From positions 1 through 64,000 of the IMG/VR virus record IMGVR_UViG_3300029288_000079: a stretch of 64,000 nt of DNA, one strand, 5' to 3'. Source of the DNA: a virus. Lineage: Duplodnaviria > Caudoviricetes. The notes beneath the pieces are model-generated. The model made no database searches and was not told the DNA's origin. It saw nothing but the letters and a program-made list of their open reading frames with translations. Below are positions 44,991-55,930 of this stretch, in pieces. Both the position numbers and the translations under genes were made by a program. The first letter of the stretch is position 1. The number at the start of each line of letters is the position of its first letter.

Positions 44991-45629
44991 TTAAAAATCA
45001 TCTTTATGAATTTTTATCTTATCCAAAATCTTCTCTTTCTGAAGTCTAACACATTCTGATGTAGTATGCATGATTGTTGCTACGTCTCTTAACGTCCTAG
45101 CCTCATAAGGTGGATCTAATCCAAATAGAAGTGATATTATAATACGTTCTTTTTCTGAAATATCACTTAAGTATAATTTTACAATATCCTCTGAAGTATT
45201 CCTTATAAAAGAAGTGTCATTATTAAGGTCCTCTATATCCTGAAAATCTCCCTCAAAGGCAGAATTTATAACATTCTCTCTAATCTCCGCAATCTCTTTC
45301 AAATATTGCCCTATCGCAAATCTTATATGATAAAAGCAATAACTAAATACTCTAACCTTATACTTACTTACATCGTATCTTCTTATGCCCTGTATAAGAC
45401 CTACATTTGCCTCTTGTATAACATCCATAACATCTACATTATTTGGAATTGTAAAGTTCCTTAAAAAATATATTACAAATCTCAGATGAGAATTGACCAC
45501 TCTCTCAAAAGCTTCTGCAGATCCAGAGGCTACCTGAAACATTAACTCCCTCTCCTCGGCTGCTTTTAGAGGGATATACTTAGGATGTGCTAATGTTTTA
45601 GTATATTGCTCAAAAACTAAATTATGCAT
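44991..45629 (-). CDS. phage sigma70-family RNA polymerase sigma factor
   Basis: SHLRFVI, DVIQEANVGLI, RTLRDVA, ECVRL. Confidence 0.9.
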   Translation of the reverse strand: MHNLVFEQYTKTLAHPKYIPLKAAEERELMFQVASGSAEAFERVVNSHLRFVIYFLRNFTIPNNVDVMDVIQEANVGLIQGIRRYDVSKYKVRVFSYCFYHIRFAIGQYLKEIAEIRENVINSAFEGDFQDIEDLNNDTSFIRNTSEDIVKLYLSDISEKERIIISLLFGLDPPYEARTLRDVATIMHTTSECVRLQKEKILDKIKIHKDDF

Positions 45630-45651
45630 TATTACCTCAAAATAATTTTAT

Positions 45652-46821
45652 TTATAACACTGATTTAACGACTGTGGATATGAAATCTATATCTTTTATA
45701 GATAGCCCTGGATGACATGGTAAAACTAATCCTAAAGTATGTAATTTTGTAAGATTCTTAGTAATAAATTTATTTTTTATAAATGGCTGCTGACCTAAAT
45801 TACCACCAGATATGGGTCTAGTCTCTATATTTTCCCTATTTAAAGCAGTTATAACTCTATGCTTCTGATTGATATCTTTACATATAATAGGATACGTAAT
45901 GCAAGATATTTTACTAAACTCATTACCCTTTTGCATATCTAATGTTGTGTTCATAAAATTATGTCTGTAACGCATAAAATTTCTATGCCTATATCCTGCA
46001 ATTTCATCTAATATTTTTAATTGCTCTAGTCCTAAAACAGCATTAAACTCTGTAGATCTAACATTTAATCCTGGGTAATAAAATGTAAATCTAGACATAA
46101 ATTTAGATATACAATACTCAATCTCCATATCATTTCTAACAGAATCCTCCACATCCACAGACCATCCATGACTTCTTATCATTTTTAATAAAATACTAAG
46201 ATCTTTATTATCTGTAGAAACCATCCCACCTTCAATAGTACTTATTTGATGGCCATAATAAAAAGAAAATGTACCTATATCTCCTAAAGTTCCGACATAT
46301 TTATTTTCTGCTTTAGATCCTACTGCAGGACAAGCATCCTCCATTAATAAAAACTTATATTTATTTCTAAGTTTTATAAGCTTACCCATATTCCCTGGAT
46401 ACCCAAGAGTTGGAACATACACCACTAAGGAAATTTTATGTAATATAAGAATTCTTTCAAGATCCTGTATGTCCATACTAAATGTATTTAAGTCTACATC
46501 TACAAATTTAATGTCAAATCCCAATTGTATTGCTGGAGACACTGTTGTAGACCACCCAGCACCGCAGATAGCCACCGTTAGGGGCTTATTCCTATGTATC
46601 AACAATTCTTTAATAGCAGCATAAGCTAATAAATTAGCTGAAGATCCTGAATTCACAAAAGTAGAGTAGGAAGCTCCTAAATGTTTAGACCATTTAGTTT
46701 CAAACTCTTTCACTTTAACACCTTGAGTAAGTCTGGGATATTTACTCAGCCATTTAATAGCCTTATCTATATGATATTTTGGTATAGTATCTTGTGCTAA
46801 ATAATACTTATACTTGCTCAT
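45652..46821 (-). CDS. DegT family PLP enzyme, ColD-like NDP-4-keto-6-deoxyhexose 3-dehydratase
   Basis: VNSGSSANL; FSFYYGHQISTIEGG has His in place of the Schiff-base Lys; RSHGW. Confidence 0.85.
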   Translation of the reverse strand: MSKYKYYLAQDTIPKYHIDKAIKWLSKYPRLTQGVKVKEFETKWSKHLGASYSTFVNSGSSANLLAYAAIKELLIHRNKPLTVAICGAGWSTTVSPAIQLGFDIKFVDVDLNTFSMDIQDLERILILHKISLVVYVPTLGYPGNMGKLIKLRNKYKFLLMEDACPAVGSKAENKYVGTLGDIGTFSFYYGHQISTIEGGMVSTDNKDLSILLKMIRSHGWSVDVEDSVRNDMEIEYCISKFMSRFTFYYPGLNVRSTEFNAVLGLEQLKILDEIAGYRHRNFMRYRHNFMNTTLDMQKGNEFSKISCITYPIICKDINQKHRVITALNRENIETRPISGGNLGQQPFIKNKFITKNLTKLHTLGLVLPCHPGLSIKDIDFISTVVKSVL

Positions 46822-48662
46822 GGATTTATCCCTACAATTATATCAGGTAATATCGGATTCTCAAATCCAGATGCAACATCTATAATCATCTCTTTTTTAA
46901 GCTCCTCTCGGTCAAGATAGGGATACATATCTTCCAATGCCGTACTCCAACCCACTAATCTTGGTATATAAGAATGATACTCATGACAATTTACATCACA
47001 TATTACTGTCTCACTTGAGTTCAAAACATCTAATATTTTAGATACTAATTCAGAATTATTATTTATTGTACAAGTCTTAATACCATAAGCTTCAGCTACT
47101 TTAACAAAATCTGGAGGTTTATATCCTACAGGACCACAAGCCTCCGCCCTGCCACCAAAATTAGTCTCTTGAAAGGCCTTGGTAATTCCATATATGTGGT
47201 TGTTAATGATGAATACCTTTACATCTACTCCATAGTTCTTTATAGTTTGGAGTTCTTGAATATTCATATTCATACCCCCGTCACCTATAACACATATAAC
47301 ATTTTGCTTCTTATTAGATGCACACCATGCCCCAATAGATGCGGCAAAAGAAAATCCCATAGGAGAATTTCCATTATTGGTTAAAAACTTCTGGCCTAAC
47401 ATAGTTTCAAAGGCCTGAGACATAATTACAATATTTCCACCACAGTCAGAAATAATAATACTATCCTTATCCACCATACCTGATAATACTCTAGAAAATA
47501 CATAAGGATGTACTATATCTTTAGTATCATAATAAGATTGTTTAATTACATCATACTTGATCTTCCAACCCATAACCTTTTCAGTCCACTGAGAAAAGTC
47601 AGGCATCTCAACAAATTTAGATTTTTCTATATAATCTAAAAGCATATTTAAAAATATGGTAGAATCACAACGAAGATTATAATCAAATACAACCTGTTGT
47701 AATTTTTTCTGAAGATTTGCAATATCAATATCTACAATATATTTCTTTGCACTACGAGCAAATAACTCAGGAGCTCCCCCAGTTATTCTTCCAGATATCC
47801 TAGACCCTATAGCCAACAATAAATCACAATTCTGAATACCTAAATTACGTCCTGACCCACCATATGTTCCAACTCTCCCACCATAATAAGGAAAATCAGA
47901 TGTTACTATGTCCAAAGCATTCCATGTAGGAAAAATAGGTATTTTTAATATATTAGATAACTGTAATAAAAATTTAATGGCCTTGGGATCATGCACACCC
48001 CCTCCTATAAGAAGAGCGGGTCTTTTAGACATGCTTAAATCACTTATAAATGACTTTATAAATCCAAAAATTTGATCTATATCAAATACACTTTCATCTG
48101 GTGAAGAATCATATCCCACTAAATCATCAGTTTCAATCAATTTCTTCTGTATATCTAAGGGTATGTCAAGATGAACCGGACCTGGCCGACCCTCTTGCAT
48201 AATAAATAAGGCTTTTTCTAACTCAAACTTAACATCTTCGGCCTTTGTTATCATAACTGAATATTTTGTTATGGGTTTCATTATACCCACCATATCTGAT
48301 TCCTGAAAACCTACCTGTCGAATAATAGGATCAGGCCTCAAAAACCTAGAGCTTATCTGCCCCGTAATAAATAAGCATGGTACAGAATCATAAAAACAAT
48401 TTCCTACGGGAGTAGTAAAATTCATCCCTCCAGGTCCACTAGTAGCAATAGCTACTCCAAACTTACCAGAAACTTTTGCATATGTTTCGGCTGAGAATCC
48501 CGCAGCCTGCTCATGCATTGTACATACATATCTGGTCTTATCTGTACGGGTGAAAGCATCAAATAAATCACCTACCGCACTACCATAAACACCAAATATA
48601 TCTTTAATACCTTTTTCTGCTATATAGTTAATAATGTAGTCTGCAACCTTTATTTTGGCCAT
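46818..48662 (-). CDS. ThDP-dependent acetolactate synthase-like enzyme (YerE-like sugar-branching candidate)
   Basis: HEQAAGF, TSGPGG, RQVGFQE, GRPGPV, GDGG...NN. Confidence 0.88.
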   Translation of the reverse strand: MAKIKVADYIINYIAEKGIKDIFGVYGSAVGDLFDAFTRTDKTRYVCTMHEQAAGFSAETYAKVSGKFGVAIATSGPGGMNFTTPVGNCFYDSVPCLFITGQISSRFLRPDPIIRQVGFQESDMVGIMKPITKYSVMITKAEDVKFELEKALFIMQEGRPGPVHLDIPLDIQKKLIETDDLVGYDSSPDESVFDIDQIFGFIKSFISDLSMSKRPALLIGGGVHDPKAIKFLLQLSNILKIPIFPTWNALDIVTSDFPYYGGRVGTYGGSGRNLGIQNCDLLLAIGSRISGRITGGAPELFARSAKKYIVDIDIANLQKKLQQVVFDYNLRCDSTIFLNMLLDYIEKSKFVEMPDFSQWTEKVMGWKIKYDVIKQSYYDTKDIVHPYVFSRVLSGMVDKDSIIISDCGGNIVIMSQAFETMLGQKFLTNNGNSPMGFSFAASIGAWCASNKKQNVICVIGDGGMNMNIQELQTIKNYGVDVKVFIINNHIYGITKAFQETNFGGRAEACGPVGYKPPDFVKVAEAYGIKTCTINNNSELVSKILDVLNSSETVICDVNCHEYHSYIPRLVGWSTALEDMYPYLDREELKKEMIIDVASGFENPILPDIIVGINP

Positions 48663-49585
48663 AAATCACTCGCTTTCAATTCATTTATCTCTTCTTCTTT
48701 TATCGGATAGCAAAACTCTTCAGTAGGAAATTTATGAGTCTTAACTTCATATACATAAATCTTTAAAGCCTCTGTTATAATATAAAGCAATCCATCATCT
48801 CTAGTATCCCTACCCAAAGCATTGATACCTTTAGGTGTTTCTGTAATATGACTAACATACTTTTCAGCAACAAAAGTAACATAACATTTAGAGAAATAAG
48901 GTCTAAATGTAGGATATAATCCTAATAGATCATGCATTATCAATAATTGACCATCTACCTTACTTCCAGCTCCAACACCATATACAGGGACATCACTTAC
49001 ACTAGTTATAACTCCACCAGGCTCTGTAGGAATCGCCTCTAATAGAATGGAAAATACCCCAGCATCCCTTAATTTTTGAGCATCCTTCATAGTCTCTAAT
49101 AAATTTTCCACAGTTTTACACTGAACCCTATAACCCCCAAAGGATTGAGTACTTTGAGGAGTAAGTCCCAAATGTCCCATTACCAATATTCCAGCATTAA
49201 CTATAGCCTCTACTCTGGAACAAACTCTTTCACCACCCTCTAGCTTTATGGCATCACATCCAGCTTCTTTTATAAAACGCAACGCACTTCTAATAGCCTC
49301 TTCGTCAGACACTTCATAGGATCCTTGTGGCATATCCCCTATAATAAATGTATTGGGAGCTCCTCTACGAACAGCTTTAGCCATCATAATCATTTCATCC
49401 ATAGTAACAGGATTGGTGGTAGAATAACCATATTGAACCATACCTCCAGAATCTCCAACTAAAATCATATCCACACCAGCTTTTTCAGCACAATATGCTA
49501 AAGGATAATCATACGCAGTAACCCAAGCTATTGGAATTTTTTCTTTTTTCATTTGCTGCAACTTTAATAATGATACCTTTGGCAT
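48650..49585 (-). CDS. panB: ketopantoate hydroxymethyltransferase
   Basis: TAYDY, LVGDSGGM, GDMP, KLEGG, GHLGLTPQ, GAG, DGQ, HDLLG. Confidence 0.93.
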   Translation of the reverse strand: MPKVSLLKLQQMKKEKIPIAWVTAYDYPLAYCAEKAGVDMILVGDSGGMVQYGYSTTNPVTMDEMIMMAKAVRRGAPNTFIIGDMPQGSYEVSDEEAIRSALRFIKEAGCDAIKLEGGERVCSRVEAIVNAGILVMGHLGLTPQSTQSFGGYRVQCKTVENLLETMKDAQKLRDAGVFSILLEAIPTEPGGVITSVSDVPVYGVGAGSKVDGQLLIMHDLLGLYPTFRPYFSKCYVTFVAEKYVSHITETPKGINALGRDTRDDGLLYIITEALKIYVYEVKTHKFPTEEFCYPIKEEEINELKASDLWPK

Positions 49586-49609
49586 AGTTTACTCCTATTT
49601 TATATTTAT

Positions 49610-50950
49610 TTATACAATATCCTTTTTGGGTATCATACTATAAGCTAAAGACTGTAATAATCTCAGCTCACCTATATTTAATGATTCACTTTCCATAATT
49701 CCCGGATATTGTTTACCATATAAGTCCCAATCATTAGTTAAAATCCTAAGACCATATCTTCCTACTTCTGCAGAACGTCTTAAAGCCGTTCCTGGAAAAG
49801 GTACCGCTATAGGGAATGTACAAGAATAAATATCTAAAAATTTTCCCATCTCTATAGATTTCATTGCAGTTTCTCTTGTCTCTCCAGGAAGACCTAATAT
49901 AAAGCTTGCGGCACATGTAATACCCGTCTCTTTTGCAGCTAAAATGGTTTTTTTTATCTGCTCTGATGTATAGGGCTTACCTGTCCTTCTAAGAACACCC
50001 TCATCGGCACTTTCCGCACCAAAAAAAATATAATAACATCCGGCCTCTCTCATTAATTTAAATAGACTGAGATCACATAAATCTATTCTCATCTCACAAG
50101 ACCACTTCAACTTTTTATTAATACCCTTCTTTATAAATTCATTAAATAAATCTATGCTTACATCTATTTTATTATTCTCTATCAAAGTCTCATCAAAAAA
50201 TACCAAAGCCTCACATCCAAAATCTTTTATATTTCTATCTACCTCTTCTATAACAGAATTTACTGATCTAACTATTCTTTTACGACCAAATGGCCTTACA
50301 CAAAACACGCATGTTCCAGGACATCCTCTACTGGTAGAAATAGGCAACTCAAGTTTGGTTCTATGTGGATCAGCACCTGAATAGGAAGATAACTTAAACA
50401 TATCCCATGCAGGAAATGGAAGCAAGTCCAGATTTGTGATTCTTTTAGATATACAACTATTTTTAGTCTTACTACCTATAGTAAGTATATCACCAACATT
50501 TAAATCATTTTCAAAAAAACTAATTATGGATTCCTCAGCCTCTCCACAAAAAGTATAATCAAAGCAAGAAAACTCATTTAAAGTCTCTAATGGCATTGAG
50601 GTAGCATGTGGTCCACCAATAAATGTTTTTATTGAAGGGAAAAGTTCTTTTATTTTTCCTGCTACTGTAGCTGTCTCTTTAATCTGTGTTGTATATCCGG
50701 TAAACCCAATCGCTAAAGGACGATTCCTATTTATAAATTCTATAATATCAGACACATTAAAATTATCTATAAACATATCAATAAATTTGGATTTAATGCC
50801 CCTTTGTTTGGTAGCAGCCAATAAATATGCCATACCTATGTGAGGAGATATTTGACGAGGTGTATCCTTAGATACTTTAAGAGATTCAAAGTATTTTTTT
50901 CTACCTTCAATATCTAATACAACATTTATTAATAAAAGATCCAGATTCAT
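49610..50950 (-). CDS. B12-binding radical SAM enzyme
   Basis: GGPHAT, GEAE, TSRGCPGTCVFC, GLPGET. Confidence 0.9.
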   Translation of the reverse strand: MNLDLLLINVVLDIEGRKKYFESLKVSKDTPRQISPHIGMAYLLAATKQRGIKSKFIDMFIDNFNVSDIIEFINRNRPLAIGFTGYTTQIKETATVAGKIKELFPSIKTFIGGPHATSMPLETLNEFSCFDYTFCGEAEESIISFFENDLNVGDILTIGSKTKNSCISKRITNLDLLPFPAWDMFKLSSYSGADPHRTKLELPISTSRGCPGTCVFCVRPFGRKRIVRSVNSVIEEVDRNIKDFGCEALVFFDETLIENNKIDVSIDLFNEFIKKGINKKLKWSCEMRIDLCDLSLFKLMREAGCYYIFFGAESADEGVLRRTGKPYTSEQIKKTILAAKETGITCAASFILGLPGETRETAMKSIEMGKFLDIYSCTFPIAVPFPGTALRRSAEVGRYGLRILTNDWDLYGKQYPGIMESESLNIGELRLLQSLAYSMIPKKDIV

Positions 50951-50956
50951 TAAACA

Positions 50957-51922
50957 CTATGCCTTTATATAATTATTTCTATACCAATCTATTGTTTTCT
51001 CAATACCCTCTTTAATATTTACTTTAGCCTCCCATTCTAAAATATCTTTTGCTTTCTGCACACTAACAATTCTTCTAGGGATCATCGTAGGCTTTGTAGA
51101 ATCATAATTTATAATTGGACTATACCCCACATGATCACAAGCATATTTTATAACATCTTTTACAGTAGATACTTCACCACTAGTTATATTTACCGGATCT
51201 GCATCTGCCTTAAGTTCTACCATTTTAAGGAATCCATCTACAAAGTCTTCAACATAAACAAAATTTCTCTGCTCTGAACCATCTCCCCAAACTTCTAAGG
51301 GATTTTGTATATTAGCTATTTTGTTAACTAACGCTGGAATAACATGACAAGTCTCTAAATTGAAATCATCATGAGGCCCATATAGTGCTGTAGTTCTAGC
51401 AATAGCAAATTTAGTATCACTCTGTCTATGAAATTGCATACAAACCTTTTCAAGGTACCTCTTCATATTCCCTACACCAGAATAGCCTTCCCAAGGTTCA
51501 CCTGTAAAACCATCACACTCCTTAACAAAATCCCAGTCCGGGTACATAGTGGAACTACCTACAAACCCAAACTTCTTAGCCCCACATTCTACTGCTGCAG
51601 ATATTACATTAACTCCTATCGTAATATTATCCCTAACTAACTGTAACTGACCTGTTTTCTGACCCTTAGCACCTTTAATAACAGCAGCTGCATTTATTAC
51701 TATATCTGGTTTTACCCAATTAAAATACTCTAACGTCTGTACATAATTTCTAAGATCAATCTTACCTATAGTTATGCCATCTCCATTATATTTTAAAATT
51801 CTTCGTTTGAATATTAAGGCATATATATTTGCCCCCTCGTAAGATAGTCTTTTAACAAGGTTTTGGCCTAGTATCCCTGTAGACCCTGTGATAATAATAG
51901 TTTTGTTGGTGTAATAACTCAT
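50957..51922 (-). CDS. NAD-dependent epimerase/reductase (GDP-fucose synthase-like)
   Basis: TGSTGILG, LYGPHDDF, HVIPAL, WGDGSEQRNF; catalytic YxxxK appears as VGNMK. Confidence 0.85.
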   Translation of the reverse strand: MSYYTNKTIIITGSTGILGQNLVKRLSYEGANIYALIFKRRILKYNGDGITIGKIDLRNYVQTLEYFNWVKPDIVINAAAVIKGAKGQKTGQLQLVRDNITIGVNVISAAVECGAKKFGFVGSSTMYPDWDFVKECDGFTGEPWEGYSGVGNMKRYLEKVCMQFHRQSDTKFAIARTTALYGPHDDFNLETCHVIPALVNKIANIQNPLEVWGDGSEQRNFVYVEDFVDGFLKMVELKADADPVNITSGEVSTVKDVIKYACDHVGYSPIINYDSTKPTMIPRRIVSVQKAKDILEWEAKVNIKEGIEKTIDWYRNNYIKA

Positions 51923-51932
51923 ATGTAATACC

Positions 51933-52991
51933 TCAATATTTTACTTTTTTAGAGTCCATAATTTCTTCATATGTAAATACATTATATCTATTATGAATTA
52001 CATTCTGATTATCTTTAAACCAAGCTACAGTTTTACTAATCCCGTCTGTAAGACCTGTAGAAGGACTAAAACCTAATATATTCCGTGCTTTATCAATATT
52101 CAACACTCTCGCCCCAAATTTACTAGGAAATATAGGTTTCAAATTATCTAAATATGATTCACCAAAACTTTCCGCTATAACTTCAGCTAAAAATAATATC
52201 TTATACCCAGTTCCACTACTTATATTAAAAGCTTCACAATCACCTGAATTTTCTAAAGCTAACAACATACCATCTGCTACATCCTCAGAAAATGTAAAAT
52301 CACGTATCATATAAGGATTGTGTATATCTACGGATTTGTTCTCACTAATCTTATTTATTAGAGATCCTACTACCATTGTGGTATTTATATCAAAATCATC
52401 CCAAGGTCCATAGCAATTACCAGGTCTAACTATAACTATACCCTTCCACCCATATTCATCCCTATAAGCCTCAGTTTGTAATTCTGCCATTCGCTTTGCC
52501 CATGCAGAATATTTATCCCCTGAATTTGGAAGTCCCTCCCACATTGTACTCTCTATAAATGTAGATCCTGGAGCATATACTCCAACAGTACTTGTAAGAA
52601 GATATTTCTCGACATTTAATTTCTTTGAACATTTTAACATATTCATATTTATACGCATGTGAGAATCAAAGAATGTAGCTCCCCTGGATACTCCAATAGC
52701 GTTAGACCCCTTAGATCCTGCCAACTGAAACACAAAATTTGCTCCTGAGTCTCTAATAGCATTATAACATTCATCATAATTAGTCAGATCACACTTAATA
52801 TATTCTGCGTCTAAAAATTGCCTTACTTTGCATTTTATATGACTAAATCTAGATACTGAATCCGCAGATGCTATTGTCACATATGCTCCCGCATCTAAAA
52901 GTTTAGTTACTAAAGGAACTCCTATTAATCCAGTACCTCCTGTAACTAGTACATTCTTACCTTTGTAGAAATTCATATCATGCTCCTCCAA
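51933..52991 (-). CDS. NAD-dependent epimerase/reductase (GDP-sugar type)
   Basis: VTGGTGLIG, SAWAKR, RPGNCYGPWD. Confidence 0.85.
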   Translation of the reverse strand: MEEHDMNFYKGKNVLVTGGTGLIGVPLVTKLLDAGAYVTIASADSVSRFSHIKCKVRQFLDAEYIKCDLTNYDECYNAIRDSGANFVFQLAGSKGSNAIGVSRGATFFDSHMRINMNMLKCSKKLNVEKYLLTSTVGVYAPGSTFIESTMWEGLPNSGDKYSAWAKRMAELQTEAYRDEYGWKGIVIVRPGNCYGPWDDFDINTTMVVGSLINKISENKSVDIHNPYMIRDFTFSEDVADGMLLALENSGDCEAFNISSGTGYKILFLAEVIAESFGESYLDNLKPIFPSKFGARVLNIDKARNILGFSPSTGLTDGISKTVAWFKDNQNVIHNRYNVFTYEEIMDSKKVKY

Positions 52992-54088
52992 TAATTAAGC
53001 AGGTCAAGATTTATATCATCTAGAGTCTTCTTAGGCTCCCAACCTGTTAGCTCTTTGAATTTTGTACAGTCAGGTATCTGCAGAGTAATATCTGTAGGAC
53101 GTATACGAGCAGGATCTATCTCTTCAAAAATAAGTCCTCTAGGTATTTCACTCTTTTGTAACATATTCTCAAGAGCCTCCCCAACAGTACAGGTATGACT
53201 TCCACCAATATTATATACATCACCTAATATACCATGATTAGCCACAATCCAATAAGCCTCCACAGCATCATCTACATGTGCATATGTTCTTACAGAATTT
53301 AGATTACCTACTCTTATAATATAAATGTCCTCCTGACCATGATTAATATCATCTCTACGCCGAATATATAATCTTTCTTGCTGAACTAATTGATATGCAA
53401 ATGAAGATAATGCAAAATTTCTACCTCTGCGACTTCCCTCATGACTAAATAACCTTGTAGTCATTACTTTAAGTCCATATGCATTATAATAAAATTGCCC
53501 CATCAAATCCTGACCTACTTTGCTTATAGAATAAGGATTGGCAGCTCTTATAGGATTAGTCTCTTTTATGGGTATCTCCTCAGGACTAGGATTTCCGTAC
53601 ACTTCACTCGAACTACAATTAACTACAATTGGGTCTATCCCAAAATTGTCCCTAGCAACTCTTAATTCATCTAATAAATTTGTAGTACCTATCACATTAG
53701 TAGTAAGAGTTGCCACAGGAGTAGAAAAACTAGCCATAGGATAACTTTGAGCAGCAAAATGAAATACAAATTCAGGTTTGGCTTGTTTTATAATATTATT
53801 TAAACTACCTCTATCAAGAAGATCAGATTCAAAGAATTTAACTCTATCATTTCCATAAAGATGAGATATATTTCTATCATCACTTCTCCAACGTCTCGTA
53901 GCATATATATTAACATCAGGTACATTTTTTAAAAGATAGTCACACATATGACTACCAACCATACCTGTAATACCTGTTATAAGAATATTCATATTATAAT
54001 CCAAAATTATTTTTTTCACGCTCTGCGTATACTTTTCTGTTTTTATCAAGCTCTGCAGGATTGTTATTCCTCGCATAGGTTTTATCAA
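52973..54088 (-). CDS. GDP-mannose 4,6-dehydratase-like SDR
   Basis: ITGITGMVGS, AAQS, SSSEVYG, YSISK, VGNL; probable start MNILITG near 53992. Confidence 0.88.
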   Translation of the reverse strand: MIKPMRGITILQSLIKTEKYTQSVKKIILDYNMNILITGITGMVGSHMCDYLLKNVPDVNIYATRRWRSDDRNISHLYGNDRVKFFESDLLDRGSLNNIIKQAKPEFVFHFAAQSYPMASFSTPVATLTTNVIGTTNLLDELRVARDNFGIDPIVVNCSSSEVYGNPSPEEIPIKETNPIRAANPYSISKVGQDLMGQFYYNAYGLKVMTTRLFSHEGSRRGRNFALSSFAYQLVQQERLYIRRRDDINHGQEDIYIIRVGNLNSVRTYAHVDDAVEAYWIVANHGILGDVYNIGGSHTCTVGEALENMLQKSEIPRGLIFEEIDPARIRPTDITLQIPDCTKFKELTGWEPKKTLDDINLDLLNYWRSMI

Positions 54089-54677
54089 AAGTAGATAATC
54101 CTATACTATAATGTCGATGTTTGAAAAGAATCTCGGGAGCATTTATAAGACAACCTGACCTTCTGGAAAGCTCTGTGAAATCATTGTCAGCACACATAGA
54201 TGTATATTTTGGATAAATAAAATATCCAAATTTCTCAAAAAATGCTCTATTCATTATCGGTTGAGTAAACACAATACCATAATCACGAAGTCCATCATGA
54301 GTTCCAATAGATTTGGGTTGATTAAAATTATCCACATCTTTTAACTTTTCAAAAAGACTCTTATCCCAGTTTGTACAGGGTTCTACATCATCCACTACTT
54401 CTACCAAAATCTGTGTTGTCTTTGATATATACTTAGACAAATTATTCACTGCTGCAACTGGATTCCTAGACTCTCCGATATATACAATTGCTTGTACACC
54501 CTTACAAGGTATTTTAAATATATCTTTATAGGTATCTTGTAAAGGATCATCATTATCAACACCTATAAGATACTCAATACTATCAGGATCCAAAGCTGAT
54601 ACTATCCATTTACAGAAATTATCATATGCTATTTTGGGTCTCTCCCTAGTAGGATGTAATATAGATATATTAATCAT
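53994..54677 (-). CDS. GT-A fold glycosyltransferase
   Basis: PTRERP, VDNDD, VDD, ADNDF, HRH. Confidence 0.75.
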   Translation of the reverse strand: MINISILHPTRERPKIAYDNFCKWIVSALDPDSIEYLIGVDNDDPLQDTYKDIFKIPCKGVQAIVYIGESRNPVAAVNNLSKYISKTTQILVEVVDDVEPCTNWDKSLFEKLKDVDNFNQPKSIGTHDGLRDYGIVFTQPIMNRAFFEKFGYFIYPKYTSMCADNDFTELSRRSGCLINAPEILFKHRHYSIGLSTFDKTYARNNNPAELDKNRKVYAEREKNNFGL

Positions 54678-55930
54678 TTTTTAGTCCACTTCTCGCTGTG
54701 ACTTACTGGTTTATACTTATTTATTAATCTATCTCGTTCTTTTAAAATTTCTTTGGAACTAAGATTATTTGTATGTATTACCGATTCACTATTTCCACCC
54801 CTTTTACCATAAGCACCTAGACCTTCATGCTCAAAGTACAAATCTATATCTTTACCTCTGTCGATATCATCCCTAATCATAGTACCTCGATAAGGGTAAT
54901 ACACAGCTATCTGAGCATCATCTATGCCAGAAGTTTCAATGAACCTTTCTGTCTCCCCTATAGTCTCATAAGTCTCTCCAGGAAGTCCGATCATTAAAAA
55001 TGCCTTGCAAGTAATACCATATTTCTTACATAATTGAACAAATTCATAGTTCTGTTTTACTGTAGTTCTTTTATCTACATTATCTAAGATCTTTTGAGAC
55101 CCTGATTCAGCTCCGAAAGCTATTTCTACACACCCAGTATCTGCAAGCATTTTAGCAAATTCTTCTGAAAAATAATTTGCTTGACCATTACATCTATATA
55201 TCAGATCTCTCTTCTTTAATTCATTACATATGGGCCGAGCTTTTTTAATAGAAATTGCAAATAGATCATCAAATAAATATACTCCACCATATCCTAAGGA
55301 TTTTATATCATCTAACTCCTTACAAATATTTTCATGACTTGACCATCTAGCAAAAGATCCCGCAGACTCACAAAACCTACATTTTTGTGGGCACCCAGTA
55401 GAAGTAAGCATTGTAGCAGATTTTCTACCCATCAAATTATAATTATAATGAGATAGTAATTCTCTTGAAATATCTGAAACTCTATCTGGTCTAGACATCG
55501 ATGCCCAATCCTTCTTAGACATTATATCCTTTTCTATCCGAGACCCGGCACCCTTTAATATTTTTATAAGGGATCTCTGTCCATCATCTGTTACAACATA
55601 ATCCCAATCTGCACTATGTACATCAGAAAAATAATGTTTTGCATGTGGACCCCCTATAATAGTAGGCTTCTTAGGAAATAAAGTTTTCCAATTATTTAAA
55701 AATCTATCAGAATCATTTCGTTGTGGGGTCATTACAGATACACCTACATAATCATATTTTTCATACTTAGCCATATTATCAAAATCAAAATCATCCTCTA
55801 ACCCAACTTCATATCCAAATTGTTCTATATAAGATTTCAAATATAATAGGGCAAGTGGAGGATATACCCGATCAGAATCCAAGTAACCACTACGAAGTGA
55901 TACCAATAAAATTGATATTTTTTCATACAT
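54674..55930 (-). CDS. B12-binding radical SAM enzyme
   Basis: PPLAL, GGPH, GCPQKCRFC, GAESGS, GLPGET. Confidence 0.9.
   Translation of the reverse strand: MYEKISILLVSLRSGYLDSDRVYPPLALLYLKSYIEQFGYEVGLEDDFDFDNMAKYEKYDYVGVSVMTPQRNDSDRFLNNWKTLFPKKPTIIGGPHAKHYFSDVHSADWDYVVTDDGQRSLIKILKGAGSRIEKDIMSKKDWASMSRPDRVSDISRELLSHYNYNLMGRKSATMLTSTGCPQKCRFCESAGSFARWSSHENICKELDDIKSLGYGGVYLFDDLFAISIKKARPICNELKKRDLIYRCNGQANYFSEEFAKMLADTGCVEIAFGAESGSQKILDNVDKRTTVKQNYEFVQLCKKYGITCKAFLMIGLPGETYETIGETERFIETSGIDDAQIAVYYPYRGTMIRDDIDRGKDIDLYFEHEGLGAYGKRGGNSESVIHTNNLSSKEILKERDRLINKYKPVSHSEKWTKK

Noticed and set aside
46818-49585. Branched-chain amino acid or pantothenate biosynthesis operon
   Set aside because: No ilvC, ilvD, ilvH, panC or panD in the window, and both genes are embedded among NDP-sugar genes
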